Positions 41,141 to 56,150 of a stretch of 64,000 nt of DNA are shown here, in pieces. The DNA is from Escherichia coli (GTDB lineage Bacteria > Pseudomonadota > Gammaproteobacteria > Enterobacterales > Enterobacteriaceae). The notes beneath the pieces were generated by a model that was not told where the DNA came from, searched no databases, and worked only from the letters and a program-made list of their open reading frames with translations. The number at the start of each line of letters is the position of its first letter. Within the stretch, counting starts at the first letter, position 1. A program made the position numbers and the translations under genes. The stretch lies in the NCBI RefSeq assembly GCF_046105845.1, contig NZ_CP151004.1, one strand, 5' to 3'.

Positions 41141-42082
41141 TCAGAACAGATTATCAATGTTCATGCTGTAGGTTTTGCTCACCTTGTCGCTTATCGATTT
41201 CATCTGCTGAATCATGCTGGTGAGTTTGCGGGCATAGTGAGGATCGGTGGCATAGCCCGCGTCCTGTAGGGCCTGCGCCCCCTGCTCCGCACTCGCGGCG
41301 GTCGTCACGGCGGCGTAGCGCGGGTTACGCGTTAACAGCCCAACGTAATCCGACAATGCTTCCAGATACGAGCTGTAGACCCGAAACTTCGCTTTTACTT
41401 TCTTCGCTTCGCCATTTTCATATTCAGTCGTGGTGATTTCAGTGACTGGCCCTTTCCAGTTGCCAGAGGCTTTGACGCCAAACAGGTTATAGCTCGGCTC
41501 GCCGTTTTCACGGCGGATTTGCCGTTGTCCCCAGCCAGATTCCAGCGCCGCCTGAGCGAGGATCAAATGATGTGGCACACCGCTTTGCTGGCTTGCCAGT
41601 TGGGCGGGCAACGAGAGTTGCGCGAGGAATGCTTTACTGTCACCCGGCAGCGAATCATCGTAGTTACGTGGTACGGCCTTTTGCACCAGCTGCGAAAGCG
41701 TCTGATTTTGATAACGCACCACGGTTTCGAGCGGGAATTTCATCGGTGCTGCTGGCGTGGACTCCTCTGGCAATGGTTGTTCTGGCGTCATCTGTTTAAC
41801 CATCATCTCTGCCAGCCCCAGACCTTTGCCCGCCGTTATCTGTTGGGCAATCTGCTGGTCATACATACTGGTATACAGGCGAGTGTGCTCGCTGCTGAAC
41901 AGGCCATCTTTTGGTAAAGCGTCGCGCATGCTTTTCAACATCATCTGCACGAACATCCCTTCCACCTGGCGGGCCACCGGACGGATATTTGCCGCCGGAT
42001 CTTCGCCCGCTTTCGCCTTAAGTTCGTTGAGCGATTGTGCATCCCAGGCCGCACTTGCCAGTAGTTTGCTGTCGCTGATCAT
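41141..42082 (-). CDS. flgJ: Flagellar rod assembly protein / peptidoglycan hydrolase FlgJ
   Basis: Recognised FlgJ begins [22 protein letters not shown] (313 aa) at 42082; ORF track over-extended 10 codons. Start overlaps flgI stop (TGATG). Confidence 0.93.
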   Translation of the reverse strand: MISDSKLLASAAWDAQSLNELKAKAGEDPAANIRPVARQVEGMFVQMMLKSMRDALPKDGLFSSEHTRLYTSMYDQQIAQQITAGKGLGLAEMMVKQMTPEQPLPEESTPAAPMKFPLETVVRYQNQTLSQLVQKAVPRNYDDSLPGDSKAFLAQLSLPAQLASQQSGVPHHLILAQAALESGWGQRQIRRENGEPSYNLFGVKASGNWKGPVTEITTTEYENGEAKKVKAKFRVYSSYLEALSDYVGLLTRNPRYAAVTTAASAEQGAQALQDAGYATDPHYARKLTSMIQQMKSISDKVSKTYSMNIDNLF

Positions 42083-43179
42083 CAGATGATTTCCAGTTTT
42101 GCCCGCAGACATCCCGCACTTTGCATTGATTGCAGTATGGACATCAGATCCATCGGCGTAGCGCCCAGCGCATTGAGCGCACGCACCACGTTATTGAGGC
42201 TGGCGCTGGAACGTACGCTTTGCAGCGAACCGCCGCTCTGGCGTAAATCGATCTGCGTTTGTGGCGTTACCACGGTCTGCCCACCACCAAACGGTGTATC
42301 TGGCTGGCTGACATTGGCCTGGCGATTAACTGTTACTGAGAGATTCCCCTGCGCTACCGCGCAGCTGTCGAGGGTCACTTCGCGATTCATCACCACCGAA
42401 CCAGTGCGCGAGTTAATCACTACTTTAGCGTCCTGCGGGGTAACATTAACCTGCATATTCTGGATATCGGCAAGGAAACGGACCTGGGAACTGTTGCCAC
42501 TCGGTACGCGCACCTGAATAGTCCGCGCATCTAACGCGGTGGCGCTGCCATATCCACGCACACGGTTGATGGTGTCAGCGATTTGCTGCGCCATACTGAA
42601 ATCTTCGTCGTTAAGTTGCAAATTAAGGGTATTCCCGACGCCAAACTGGCTGGGCAATTCACGTTCAATAACCGCACCATTGGTGATCCGTCCACCGTTC
42701 AGTTGGTTCACCTGAACACTGCTACCGCCAGCGGAGGCCCCTGCGCCGCCAACCAGAATATTGCCCTGCGCCAGCGCATACACCTGACTGTCAACGCCCT
42801 TAAGCGGTGTCATCAATAACGTACCGCCACGCAGACTTTTGGCATTTCCCATGGAAGAAACTACCACGTCAATGGTTTGCCCCTGACGTCCAAACGGTGG
42901 AAGTGACGCTGTCACCATAACCGCAGCGACGTTTTTTAGCTGCATATTAGTGCCCGTCGGAACGGTAATTCCCAGCTGTGAGAGCATGTTATTAAGCGTT
43001 TGTGTGGTAAACGGCGTCTGAGTTGTCTGGTCACCTGTACCATCAAGCCCCACCACCAGGCCATAGCCAATCAGTGAGTTTTGCCTTACCCCCTGAACAC
43101 TGGTGAGATCGCGAATACGCTCAGCCTGAGCCGCCGTGGTAACCAGTAAAAGAATTAATGCAGAGAGAAATTTAATCAC
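42082..43179 (-). CDS. flgI: Flagellar P-ring protein FlgI
   Basis: [19 protein letters not shown] signal peptide; start placed at second GTG (365 aa). Confidence 0.94.
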
Positions 43180-43190
43180 CACAGCCTCAC

Positions 43191-43889
43191 TTACATTGGA
43201 GACAGGTTAAGAAAGAAACGCTGCAACCAGCCCATATTTTGCGCTTCGTTAATGTAGCCATTGCCTACGTATTCAATGCGCGCATCCGCCACCTGAGTAG
43301 ACGGTACGGTATTGCTGCCGCTGATAGTGCGTGGATTAACTACACCAGAGAAGCGAATAAATTCGGTACCCTGATTAATGGCGATCTGTTTTTCACCCAC
43401 CACATGCAGGTTGCCGTTGACCAGTACCTGGTCAACCGTCACCGTCAACGTGCCGCTAAAGGTATTGCTGGCATTGGCCCCGCCTTTTCCGTTGAACGTG
43501 TTACCACCGGAGGCTTCGACATCGGCACGAGCGTTACCAAACAGCCCCTGCAAATAGCGCGGCACAGTATCAAAGCCAAAATTAGTTTTACCGTCACGAC
43601 TGGCATTCGCAGAGGAGCTTTTGCTGGCGCTGACGTTCTCCTGCAACACGATGGTCAGCGTATCGCCAATATTGCGTGGTCGACGATCTTCAAACAGCGG
43701 TTGATAACCATAGTTAATCGGCTGAGCAGACTGGAAAATAGAACCGTTGGCGACGGGCGTCGGACCGGGAACCGGTTGTGCACTGGTCGCCCCCTGTACC
43801 AGCGGCGTGGAGGGTATCCAGGCGCAGCTGGTTAGTGAAAGCACCAACAAGCTGGAAATGGCATAAGTATGCGCAGCGTTTTTTTGCAT
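43191..43889 (-). CDS. flgH: Flagellar L-ring lipoprotein FlgH
   Basis: Recognised N-terminus [22 protein letters not shown] (lipobox), 232 aa. Confidence 0.94.
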
Positions 43890-43941
43890 GGCTATCATCT
43901 TCAAAAATCAGTAAACCGGTGAATCTGCCACCGGTTATGCC

Positions 43942-44787
<846 letters not shown>

Positions 44788-44860
44788 TCACCCTAACCTC
44801 TCCCAAAATGGGCGAGAGAATAGTCCGCGCGCTTTTATTGCAATGTCATCAATCGTTTAA

Positions 44861-45616
44861 TTAACTCATCGACAGCAGTTGGTTGGCACGGCCTGCGTTA
44901 TCATCGACGCTGCTGATCACCTTCATCTGCATTTCAAAACGCCGCGCGCTGGCAATCATGTCGCTCATTGCCGCAACGGCATTGACGTTACTGCCTTCCA
45001 GAACTCCCGACATCACACGCAAGGTTGGATCTGCCTGCAGTACCGGCCCACGCGTGGCCTGGCTTTCCGCGCTTAAACGAAAAATGCCGTCGTCACCGCG
45101 CTGCACTTCGCTGCCCGTGGCTTTCACCAGTTTCAGACGCCCCACTGGCGCAACCGTATTTGCCGGATCGCCCGGATTCAGCGCCGAGATTGTGCCATCG
45201 GCAGCAATAGTGATTTCCGCCCCTTCCGGCACAGCAATTGGCCCCGCCTCGCCTATCACCGGATGCCCCTGAATTGTCAGTTGCCCGGTGGGATCAACCT
45301 GAATGCTGCCATTACGCGTATACCCTTCGCTGCCGTCAGCGGTCTGCACGGCCAGCCAGCCATCCTGCTGCAACGCAACGTCCATCGGGCGCGAGGTGTA
45401 ATCCATCTTGCCGGGCGTCATGTCTGCACCCGGCGTTGACGCCGTTACCAGCGTGCGCGTGGGCAGTGAAAGCCCTTCCACCGGCACTGCGCGCAAGGCG
45501 TTTAACTGCGCGCGAAAACCGGGCGTAGAGGCATTGGCCAGATTACTGGCGGTTACCGCCTGTTGATTCAGCGTCTGGCTGGCTGCTCCCATCGCAGTAT
45601 AAATTGCGTGATCCAT
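44861..45616 (-). CDS. flgF: Flagellar proximal rod protein FlgF
   Basis: 251 aa, MDHAIYTAMGAASQTLNQQAVTASNLANAST. Confidence 0.95.
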   Translation of the reverse strand: MDHAIYTAMGAASQTLNQQAVTASNLANASTPGFRAQLNALRAVPVEGLSLPTRTLVTASTPGADMTPGKMDYTSRPMDVALQQDGWLAVQTADGSEGYTRNGSIQVDPTGQLTIQGHPVIGEAGPIAVPEGAEITIAADGTISALNPGDPANTVAPVGRLKLVKATGSEVQRGDDGIFRLSAESQATRGPVLQADPTLRVMSGVLEGSNVNAVAAMSDMIASARRFEMQMKVISSVDDNAGRANQLLSMS

Positions 45617-45635
45617 TGAGCTATCCCGTCAGCGA

Positions 45636-46841
45636 TTAGCGTAAGTTAACCAGCGTGTTGAGGATCTGGTCCTGGGTTTTGATGGTCTGGGCGTTAGACT
45701 GATAGTTACGCTGGGCAACGATCATATTGACCAGTTCTTTACTGAGATCGACGTTGGACGCTTCCAGCGCACCGTTGGTCAGGGTGCCAAAGTTGCCCGT
45801 CCCTGCTGTCCCCAACAGCGCCACGCCAGAAGATTGCGTCGCAGACCAGACGTTGTCGCCTTCGGATGCCAGACCTTCGTTGTTGGCAAAGTTCGCCAGT
45901 ACAATCTGCCCCAGCAGTTGGGTTTGTTCGTTGGAATAGTTGCCGACAACCGTACCGTCATCATTGATTTGATAACTCACCAGATCGCCCGGTTTGTAGC
46001 CGTTCTGGGTGGTTGCCACAATGTTGTTAGCACCGGTATTTTGCTGCATGGAGTTGAGGAAACTCAGGCTAAACGTGGCGGGATCTGCGCCGTTAATTGC
46101 GCCAGTGGAAATATTCGCTGTTGGATCTGAGGTCAGAACGCCATTGGCATTAAACACCAGTGTTGTCGCTGTCTTCGCAATGCTGTTTGGATCACTACTA
46201 TCCTGGGTGTAGACCTGCCAGTTATTATCCCCGGTCTTCACAAAGTAGACGCTCATGTCATGAGCATTACCCTGACTATCGAAAACAGTCACCGAACCTT
46301 TTTTGTTATAGCTATCCGCATTGCTGGCATCAAATGCGTTAACAGAGGGAAGCGGATCACTGGAATTCAGGTTGATCTGCATCGACGCCGTGGTGGTAGT
46401 TTTCGCTGCCATCAGGGTATTCGGGATCGAAATATTGGTCGGATTCGCCCCTTGCTGAATAGTCGGCGGCGTACCGGTTGCCGGGTAACCCGTCAGCTGT
46501 AAACCTTGCATATTCACCAGGTTACGGTTTTCATCCAGCTTAAATTGTCCGTTACGGCTGTAGAACACCGAACCGTTGCTGTCTACCATACGGAAAAAAC
46601 CGTTCTGGCTGATAGCAACGTCCAGACCACGCCCGGTGTTGGTGGTCGTGCCATCGGTAAAGTCCTGAGTGATACCGGCAACTTTTACCCCCAGTCCCAC
46701 TTTCGAACCGGCAAACATATCGGCAAAAGAGGCCGTGCCTGATTTAAAGCCGTAGGTGGCGGAGTTGGCGATATTGTTGCCAATAACATCGAGGTTGGTG
46801 GCGGCAGCGTTTAATCCGCTAACCGCTTGAGAAAAGGCCAT
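45636..46841 (-). CDS. flgE: Flagellar hook protein FlgE
   Basis: 401 aa, MAFSQAVSGLNAAATNLDVIGNNIANSATYGFK. Confidence 0.95.
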   Translation of the reverse strand: MAFSQAVSGLNAAATNLDVIGNNIANSATYGFKSGTASFADMFAGSKVGLGVKVAGITQDFTDGTTTNTGRGLDVAISQNGFFRMVDSNGSVFYSRNGQFKLDENRNLVNMQGLQLTGYPATGTPPTIQQGANPTNISIPNTLMAAKTTTTASMQINLNSSDPLPSVNAFDASNADSYNKKGSVTVFDSQGNAHDMSVYFVKTGDNNWQVYTQDSSDPNSIAKTATTLVFNANGVLTSDPTANISTGAINGADPATFSLSFLNSMQQNTGANNIVATTQNGYKPGDLVSYQINDDGTVVGNYSNEQTQLLGQIVLANFANNEGLASEGDNVWSATQSSGVALLGTAGTGNFGTLTNGALEASNVDLSKELVNMIVAQRNYQSNAQTIKTQDQILNTLVNLR

Positions 46842-46865
46842 GACTGACTCCTGAAATGTGAAGGC

Positions 46866-47561
46866 TTAAATTATCTGCCGTACTTCGTCGAGGGTGGTGG
46901 TGCCGTAAGTGCCGAGATCCAGCGTATTACCGTTGTTGCCGCGGATCACACCCTGCACCAGAGCAAACTGCAGCGGCTGGGCAACCAGTTGTGTACCACC
47001 GTTACTGGCGCTAATCGCTACATTGTAAGAACCGTTCGGCGCAGTGCTGCCGTCAGTCAACGTACCGTCCCAGGTGAAACTGTGGACTCCGGCGGTCAGT
47101 TCATCAATATCAATGGTGCGCACAACCGCGCCATTTTTATCGGTGATGGTGGCCGTAACTTTGTCTGCCGCCTGTTGCAGCTCAACACCAAACGGCGTGG
47201 TCGTGGTCACAGCCCCTTCTTCACTGCCGGTTCCCGCAAGAACAGTGGTGCCGGGGATCATCACGCCGTGACCGATCAGGTTACTGGCCTGTAACGACTG
47301 GCTGTTATCAATCTGTCCGGAAATAGATCCGAGCGTGGTATTGAGTTTTTCAATCCCACTGACCGTGCTGATTTGAGCCAATTGCGACGTCAGCTCGTTG
47401 TTTTCCATTGGATTGGTCGGGTCCTGGTTTTTCAGCTGCGCCACCAGCAAAGTCAGAAAACTGCTTTGTAAATCTGCGGCGTTGCTGCCCGTGAGCGAAC
47501 TACTACTGGTGGTGCTGACGCCGGTATTTGTCGGATCGGTGGTGGTTACCGCAATGGACAT
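46866..47561 (-). CDS. flgD: Flagellar hook capping/assembly protein FlgD
   Basis: 231 aa, MSIAVTTTDPTNTGVSTTSSSS. Confidence 0.94.
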   Translation of the reverse strand: MSIAVTTTDPTNTGVSTTSSSSLTGSNAADLQSSFLTLLVAQLKNQDPTNPMENNELTSQLAQISTVSGIEKLNTTLGSISGQIDNSQSLQASNLIGHGVMIPGTTVLAGTGSEEGAVTTTTPFGVELQQAADKVTATITDKNGAVVRTIDIDELTAGVHSFTWDGTLTDGSTAPNGSYNVAISASNGGTQLVAQPLQFALVQGVIRGNNGNTLDLGTYGTTTLDEVRQII

Positions 47562-47572
47562 AGTTTTCTCCT

Positions 47573-47977
47573 TTATTGACCGAGCGTAAGGGTTTTCAGC
47601 ATCATGCTTTTCACCGTGTTGAGCACTTCAACATTGGCCTGATAGCTGCGTGACGCCGACATGGTGTTAACCATCTCTCCGACGACATCGACGTTTGGCA
47701 TTTTCACGTAGCCCTTTGCATCCGCCAGCGGATTACCCGGTTCATAAACCAGTTTGTCCGGGGCCTGACTTTCTATAACATCGGCAACCTTTACGCCGCC
47801 TGTCGCAGCACCTGGTGCAGCGTTAACCTGGAATACCACCTGTTTTGCCCGATATGGCTGTCCATCGGGACCGGTCACGCTATCAGCATTCGCCAGATTA
47901 CTGGCCGCCACGTTCAGGCGCTGGGACTGGGCAGTTAACGCCGACCCGGCGATATCAAAAATATTCAGCAGTGCCAT
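47573..47977 (-). CDS. flgC: Flagellar proximal rod protein FlgC
   Basis: 134 aa, [33 protein letters not shown]. Confidence 0.95.
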
Positions 47978-47980
47978 CCG

Positions 47981-48397
47981 TTAATTTCCGCTCTGTAAAA
48001 CGTTCATCATGCCTTTGATTTGCCCGCTCAACGCGCTAAGGCTCATCTGGTATTGCAGGCTGTTATCGGCAAACTGGGTGCGTTCGCGATCCATATCGAC
48101 GGTATTACCGTCAAGCGAAGGCTGGTCCGGAATACGGTATTGCAGTTCTGCGGTAGGAGGCGTCAGCGCCTGCGCCGGAATGTGTTGCGTTGAGGTCATC
48201 GTCAGTGCAACCACGCTTGTTGCATCCCGTCCACGTTGCATGACTTTTTTAAGTTCACTGGCAAAATCGATATCGCGCGCCTGATAACCAGGGGTATCGG
48301 CATTGGCGATGTTTGCTGCCAGCACTTCCTGACGCTGGGCGCGCAGATTGAGCGCCTCTTGTTGAAAACGTAAGGCGGCGTCGAGCTTATCGAGCAT
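47981..48397 (-). CDS. flgB: Flagellar proximal rod protein FlgB
   Basis: Recognised N-terminus [36 protein letters not shown] (138 aa); ORF track begins 3 codons earlier. Confidence 0.93.
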
Positions 48398-48560
48398 ATC
48401 GAGCATATCTCCTCCGCAGGTATCAAAATTCTGCCATCAGCTTAAATGCCTTTACGCGCGCGTTATCGGCGGAATAAACGCAAAATGGGTCGCTATTTAT
48501 GCCGTTGATGGTCATTGCGGACAGGTACAATTCACGTTGTAGAAATGGCAGGGGGCGAAA
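48398..48560. promoter_or_regulatory. Divergent flgB / flgA class 2 flagellar promoter region (FlhD4C2-dependent)
   Basis: 163-bp gap between divergent flgB and flgA starts; by established knowledge this holds the FlhDC-activated promoters. Individual FlhDC boxes not resolved by eye. Confidence 0.6.
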
Positions 48561-49220
48561 ATGCTGGCAATAAAACGTAGCGTGGCGATCATCGCGATAC
48601 TGTTCAGTCCGTTAAGTGCGGCGAGCAATCTCACATCGCAATTGCACACCTTTTTTAGCGCCCAGCTCGCGGGGGTAAGTGATGAGGTTCGTGTTTATAT
48701 TCGTACAGCGCCCAATCTACTACCGCCGTGCGAGCAGCCATTGCTTTCGATGAGCAATAATTCCCGCCTGTGGGGCAATGTGAATGTGTTGGCACGCTGC
48801 GGTAACGACAAACGATATTTACAGGTTAATGTGCAGGCCACAGGAAATTATGTGGTTGCCGCAATGCCCATTGTGCGGGGAGGAAAGCTGGAAGCTGGCA
48901 ATGTCAAACTGAAACGCGGACGGCTGGACACCTTGCCACCGCGTACGGTGCTGGATATCAATCAACTTGTTGATGCCGTTAGCCTGCGCGATCTATCACC
49001 CGAGCAACCTATCCAGTTAACCCAGTTTCGCCAGGCATGGCGGGTAAAAGCGGGACAACGCGTCAACGTGATCGCCAGCGGTGATGGGTTTAGCGCCAAC
49101 GCAGAAGGTCAGGCGCTAAACAATGCTGCCGTCGCACAGAATGCGCGGGTGCGCATGGTATCGGGACAGGTGGTCAGCGGCGTTGTTGATGCAGATGGGA
49201 ATATTCTTATAAACCTGTAA
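48561..49220 (+). CDS. flgA: Flagellar P-ring assembly chaperone FlgA
   Basis: 219 aa with signal peptide MLAIKRSVAIIAILFSPLSAASN. Confidence 0.94.
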   Translation: MLAIKRSVAIIAILFSPLSAASNLTSQLHTFFSAQLAGVSDEVRVYIRTAPNLLPPCEQPLLSMSNNSRLWGNVNVLARCGNDKRYLQVNVQATGNYVVAAMPIVRGGKLEAGNVKLKRGRLDTLPPRTVLDINQLVDAVSLRDLSPEQPIQLTQFRQAWRVKAGQRVNVIASGDGFSANAEGQALNNAAVAQNARVRMVSGQVVSGVVDADGNILINL

Positions 49221-49225
49221 GCTGT

Positions 49226-49252
49226 TAAAGATTACCCGTCCCTTGCCGATAA
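49226..49252 (+). promoter_or_regulatory. Sigma-28 (FliA) class 3 promoter for flgMN
   Basis: Exact consensus TAAA(49226-49229)-N15-GCCGATAA(49245-49252), ~45 nt upstream of flgM ATG. Confidence 0.8.
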
Positions 49253-49295
49253 ATAAGCAACACATGATAAAAGCGCCCTCAATGAGGAATAAACC

Positions 49296-49589
49296 ATGAG
49301 TATTGATCGCACTTCGCCTCTGAAGCCCGTAAGCACCGTTCAACCGCGCGAAACCATTGACGCGCCGGTAACGAACACCCGGGCGGCAAAAACAACCGCC
49401 TCCACCAGCACCAGTGTGACGTTAAGCGACGCGCAAGCAAAACTGATGCAACCCGGCAGCAGTGATATCAATCTTGAACGTGTCGAAGCGTTAAAACTGG
49501 CGATTCGTAACGGTGAACTAAAAATGGACACCGGCAAAATTGCCGATGCGCTGATCAACGAAGCGCAGCAAGACTTGCAGAGTAACTGA
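49296..49589 (+). CDS. flgM: Anti-sigma-28 factor FlgM
   Basis: 97 aa, [19 protein letters not shown]...; recognised full-length sequence. Confidence 0.96.
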   Translation: MSIDRTSPLKPVSTVQPRETIDAPVTNTRAAKTTASTSTSVTLSDAQAKLMQPGSSDINLERVEALKLAIRNGELKMDTGKIADALINEAQQDLQSN

Positions 49590-49593
49590 TCGT

Positions 49594-50010
49594 ATGACGC
49601 GTCTTGCAGAGATCCTCGACCAGATGTCCGCTGTGCTTAACGATCTCAAAACGGTAATGGATCAAGAGCAGCAACATCTCTCTATGGGGCAGATCAACGG
49701 CAGCCAGTTGCAATGGATTACAGAACAAAAAAGCTCTCTGCTGGCGACGCTGGATTACCTCGAACAGTTACGCAGGAAAGAACCCAATTCAGCAAATAGC
49801 GTTGATATTAGTCAACGCTGGCAGGAAATTACTGTGAAAACGCAGCAACTACGCCAAATGAATCAACATAACGGCTGGTTACTGGAAGGACAGATTGAGC
49901 GCAATCAACAGGCGCTGGAAATGTTGAAACCGCATCAGGAACCGATGCTATATGGAGCGAACGGTCAGACCTCAACAAATCATCGCGGCAGTAAAAAGAT
50001 TTCGATCTGA
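49594..50010 (+). CDS. flgN: Flagellar export chaperone FlgN (for FlgK/FlgL)
   Basis: 138 aa, MTRLAEILDQMSAVLNDLKTVMDQEQQHL. Confidence 0.95.
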   Translation: MTRLAEILDQMSAVLNDLKTVMDQEQQHLSMGQINGSQLQWITEQKSSLLATLDYLEQLRRKEPNSANSVDISQRWQEITVKTQQLRQMNQHNGWLLEGQIERNQQALEMLKPHQEPMLYGANGQTSTNHRGSKKISI

Positions 50011-50020
50011 AGATTATCTC

Positions 50021-50041
50021 CGGCCTGCACTGCAGGCCGGA
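50021..50041. terminator. Palindromic hairpin between convergent flgN and murJ
   Basis: Near-perfect palindrome ccggcctgcactgcaggccgg in the 39-bp gap between convergent stops; no strong T-run, so terminator function uncertain. Confidence 0.45.
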
Positions 50042-50049
50042 ATGCCTTG

Positions 50050-51672
<1,623 letters not shown>

Positions 51673-51694
51673 CTACCGCCAGATGTTACAGGGT

Positions 51695-52618
51695 TTATTC
51701 ACTCATCGCATCGCGCCAGATCTTGTCAACGATACGTTGCGCCAGCACTGCCTGTTCGCCGGCGGTTTGCGGAACTGTCTGATTTTGCACGCATTCAATG
51801 AAGTGCCGCGCACAGCCGACAAATCCACGTTGCTCAAGCGTACTCTGCCAACCAGGAATCGGTTTATGCACTACGCCCTGCCCACGCTCCTCACGCCATT
51901 CGCGCATATCTGTAATGTCGATGAGCGCACCGTCAGTCACGGCCTGCACGGTTTCACGCTGACTTCCGGCACGGCGATGCATACAGGTGGTGATCTGCAA
52001 AGGACCGGCCGAAAAATGGTGCTCGGCAAACAGCATTTCGCCAGCGTCATTAGTCAGTAGCGTACCGCCATCCAGAGAGGCTTTACCGCCCGACAACCAC
52101 AGCGCGGTATCCACCACATGCAGATAATCATCCAGCAACGTGAAATAAAGATCGTGTGGCCCGACGCTATTGCTACGATGTTTATCCATTCTTAGCGAGG
52201 CTGCGGTGGCGAGTTGCGTTTTTAACTCACCGTAGAGTGGTGCGAAACGACGGTTAAAACCGACCATCAACGTCAGTTTTTTCCGTGCCGCAAGTTCCAC
52301 CAGCCGTTCAGCATCGCGCAGATTTTCTGCCAGCGGTTTATCGACACAGACATGTACCCCCGCATTGAGTAACGTACTGACCACGTCAAAGTGGCTGGCG
52401 GTGCTGGAATGCACAAAAACCGCATCGCAACTGGCGGCAAGGCTGGATAACGAATCGGCATAAGGAATGCGCCAGCTGTCACAAATTGGCAAGGCTTTCG
52501 CGCGCGTAGGCGACCACGCACCTTGTAACGTCCAGTCAGACGCTGCCGCCAGCACCGGTAACCACGCCTTTTGCGCGATGCCGCCTAACCCCACTACGCC
52601 GATACGTAATTTTTTCAC
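51695..52618 (-). CDS. yceM: Gfo/Idh/MocA-family oxidoreductase YceM (MviM)
   Basis: Recognised N-terminus MKKLRIGVVGLGGIAQKAW (Rossmann motif) needs GTG start at 52618, 307 aa. Confidence 0.9.
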   Translation of the reverse strand: MKKLRIGVVGLGGIAQKAWLPVLAAASDWTLQGAWSPTRAKALPICDSWRIPYADSLSSLAASCDAVFVHSSTASHFDVVSTLLNAGVHVCVDKPLAENLRDAERLVELAARKKLTLMVGFNRRFAPLYGELKTQLATAASLRMDKHRSNSVGPHDLYFTLLDDYLHVVDTALWLSGGKASLDGGTLLTNDAGEMLFAEHHFSAGPLQITTCMHRRAGSQRETVQAVTDGALIDITDMREWREERGQGVVHKPIPGWQSTLEQRGFVGCARHFIECVQNQTVPQTAGEQAVLAQRIVDKIWRDAMSE

Positions 52619-52619
52619 T

Positions 52620-53862
<1,243 letters not shown>

Positions 53863-54097
53863 TCTATACCTACTCCTTCCCGTAACGTCTTTAATACGCT
53901 GTAAGTATTACTATACCTGCGCAACCAGACCCTGTGAAAAGTCCAGAATGCCATTTTCTGCATTATTCACATATTTGATAAAAACTCTCTATCAAAGCGA
54001 CGTTTTGATAAAAAAATATTGTCCCCGAAGTGATGGGAAAAGTCTTAGCGGCAATGCAGAATAGAAAGTGCTCATCTTTTATTTCCCGGGAGGGGAA

Positions 54098-55306
54098 ATG
54101 TCCCGCGTGTCGCAGGCGAGGAACCTGGGTAAATATTTCCTGCTCATCGATAATATGCTGGTCGTGCTGGGTTTCTTTGTTGTCTTCCCGCTGATCTCTA
54201 TCCGCTTCGTTGATCAAATGGGCTGGGCCGCCGTCATGGTCGGTATTGCCCTCGGCCTACGCCAGTTTATTCAGCAAGGTCTGGGTATTTTCGGCGGAGC
54301 AATTGCCGACCGCTTTGGTGCCAAACCGATGATTGTTACCGGTATGCTGATGCGTGCCGCCGGATTCGCCACAATGGGTATCGCCCACGAACCGTGGCTA
54401 CTGTGGTTTTCATGCCTGCTCTCGGGACTCGGCGGCACGTTGTTTGATCCGCCGCGTTCGGCGCTGGTGGTGAAACTAATCCGTCCACAACAGCGTGGTC
54501 GTTTTTTCTCGCTGTTGATGATGCAGGACAGTGCCGGTGCGGTCATTGGCGCATTGTTGGGTAGCTGGCTGTTGCAATACGACTTTCGCCTGGTCTGCGC
54601 CACAGGGGCAGTTTTGTTTGTGCTGTGTGCAGCGTTCAATGCGTGGTTGTTACCGGCATGGAAACTCTCCACCGTACGCACGCCCGTTCGCGAAGGCATG
54701 ACCCGCGTGATGCGCGACAAGCGTTTTGTCACCTATGTCCTGACACTGGCGGGTTACTACATGCTGGCTGTACAAGTGATGCTGATGCTGCCAATTATGG
54801 TCAACGACGTGGCGGGCGCGCCCTCTGCCGTTAAATGGATGTATGCCATTGAAGCGTGTCTGTCGTTAACGTTGCTCTATCCTATCGCCCGCTTGAGTGA
54901 AAAGTATTTTCGTCTGGAACACCGGTTGATGGCTGGGCTGTTGATAATGTCATTAAGCATGATGCCGGTGGGCATGGTCAGCGGCCTGCAACAACTTTTC
55001 ACCCTGATTTGTCTGTTTTATATCGGGTCGATCATTACCGAGCCTGCGCGTGAAACCTTAAGTGCTTCGCTGGCGGACGCAAGAGCTCGCGGCAGCTATA
55101 TGGGGTTTAGCCGTCTGGGTCTGGCGATTGGCGGCGCTATTGGTTATATCGGTGGCGGCTGGCTGTTTGACCTGGGCAAATCGGCGCACCAGCCAGAGCT
55201 TCCGTGGATGATGCTGGGCATTATTGGCATCTTCACTTTCCTTGCGATGGGTTGGCAGTTTAGTCAGAAACGCGCCGCGCGTCGTTTGCTGGAACGCGAC
55301 GCCTGA
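54098..55306 (+). CDS. mdtH: MFS multidrug efflux transporter MdtH (YceL)
   Basis: Recognised N-terminus [27 protein letters not shown] (402 aa) at 54098; ORF track over-extended 10 codons. Confidence 0.93.
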   Translation: MSRVSQARNLGKYFLLIDNMLVVLGFFVVFPLISIRFVDQMGWAAVMVGIALGLRQFIQQGLGIFGGAIADRFGAKPMIVTGMLMRAAGFATMGIAHEPWLLWFSCLLSGLGGTLFDPPRSALVVKLIRPQQRGRFFSLLMMQDSAGAVIGALLGSWLLQYDFRLVCATGAVLFVLCAAFNAWLLPAWKLSTVRTPVREGMTRVMRDKRFVTYVLTLAGYYMLAVQVMLMLPIMVNDVAGAPSAVKWMYAIEACLSLTLLYPIARLSEKYFRLEHRLMAGLLIMSLSMMPVGMVSGLQQLFTLICLFYIGSIITEPARETLSASLADARARGSYMGFSRLGLAIGGAIGYIGGGWLFDLGKSAHQPELPWMMLGIIGIFTFLAMGWQFSQKRAARRLLERDA

Positions 55307-55369
55307 TTTGATACTCCCCCCTGACTCCTCCATACTGAAAGTGAACTGACAGCCAAATGGAGGAGTCAC

Positions 55370-56017
55370 GTGAAGCTATACATTTACGATCACTGCCCTT
55401 ACTGCCTCAAAGCCCGCATGATTTTCGGCCTGAAAAATATCCCCGTCGAATTACATGTTCTGCTCAACGACGACGCAGAAACACCCACCCGGATGGTCGG
55501 TCAAAAACAGGTTCCCATTCTGCAAAAAGATGACAGCCGCTATATGCCAGAAAGCATGGACATCGTTCACTATGTCGATAAACTCGACGGCAAACCGTTA
55601 CTGACCGGCAAACGTTCCCCTGCCATTGAAGAGTGGCTGCGCAAGGTCAATGGCTACGCCAACAAACTGCTGTTGCCGCGTTTTGCCAAATCAGCATTTG
55701 ATGAGTTTTCTACTCCTGCCGCGCGCAAATATTTCGTCGACAAGAAAGAGGCCAGCGCGGGTAATTTTGCCGACCTGCTGGCCCACTCTGACGGTCTGAT
55801 TAAGAATATCAGCGATGATTTACGTGCGCTGGACAAACTGATCGTCAAACCGAACGCCGTGAATGGCGAACTTTCGGAAGATGATATTCAGCTATTTCCG
55901 CTCCTGCGTAATCTGACGCTGGTAGCCGGAATCAACTGGCCAAGCCGCGTTGCTGATTACCGCGATAATATGGCGAAACAGACACAAATCAATTTGTTAT
56001 CATCAATGGCGATTTAA
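55370..56017 (+). CDS. grxB: Glutaredoxin 2
   Basis: 215 aa, MKLYIYDHCPYCLKARMIFGL (CPYC active site). Confidence 0.96.
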   Translation: MKLYIYDHCPYCLKARMIFGLKNIPVELHVLLNDDAETPTRMVGQKQVPILQKDDSRYMPESMDIVHYVDKLDGKPLLTGKRSPAIEEWLRKVNGYANKLLLPRFAKSAFDEFSTPAARKYFVDKKEASAGNFADLLAHSDGLIKNISDDLRALDKLIVKPNAVNGELSEDDIQLFPLLRNLTLVAGINWPSRVADYRDNMAKQTQINLLSSMAI

Positions 56018-56150
56018 TCCTGACCCGCCGCGGCAGCCTGTATTCGCGGGTTGCCGCCGTTTTCAGTTTTTTCTGCTGGCGCGTTTATCGCTGGTGACAC
56101 ATGCTGCGTTGTGTCAGGATATTGACGCAGATTTCATGTCGAGGACTACC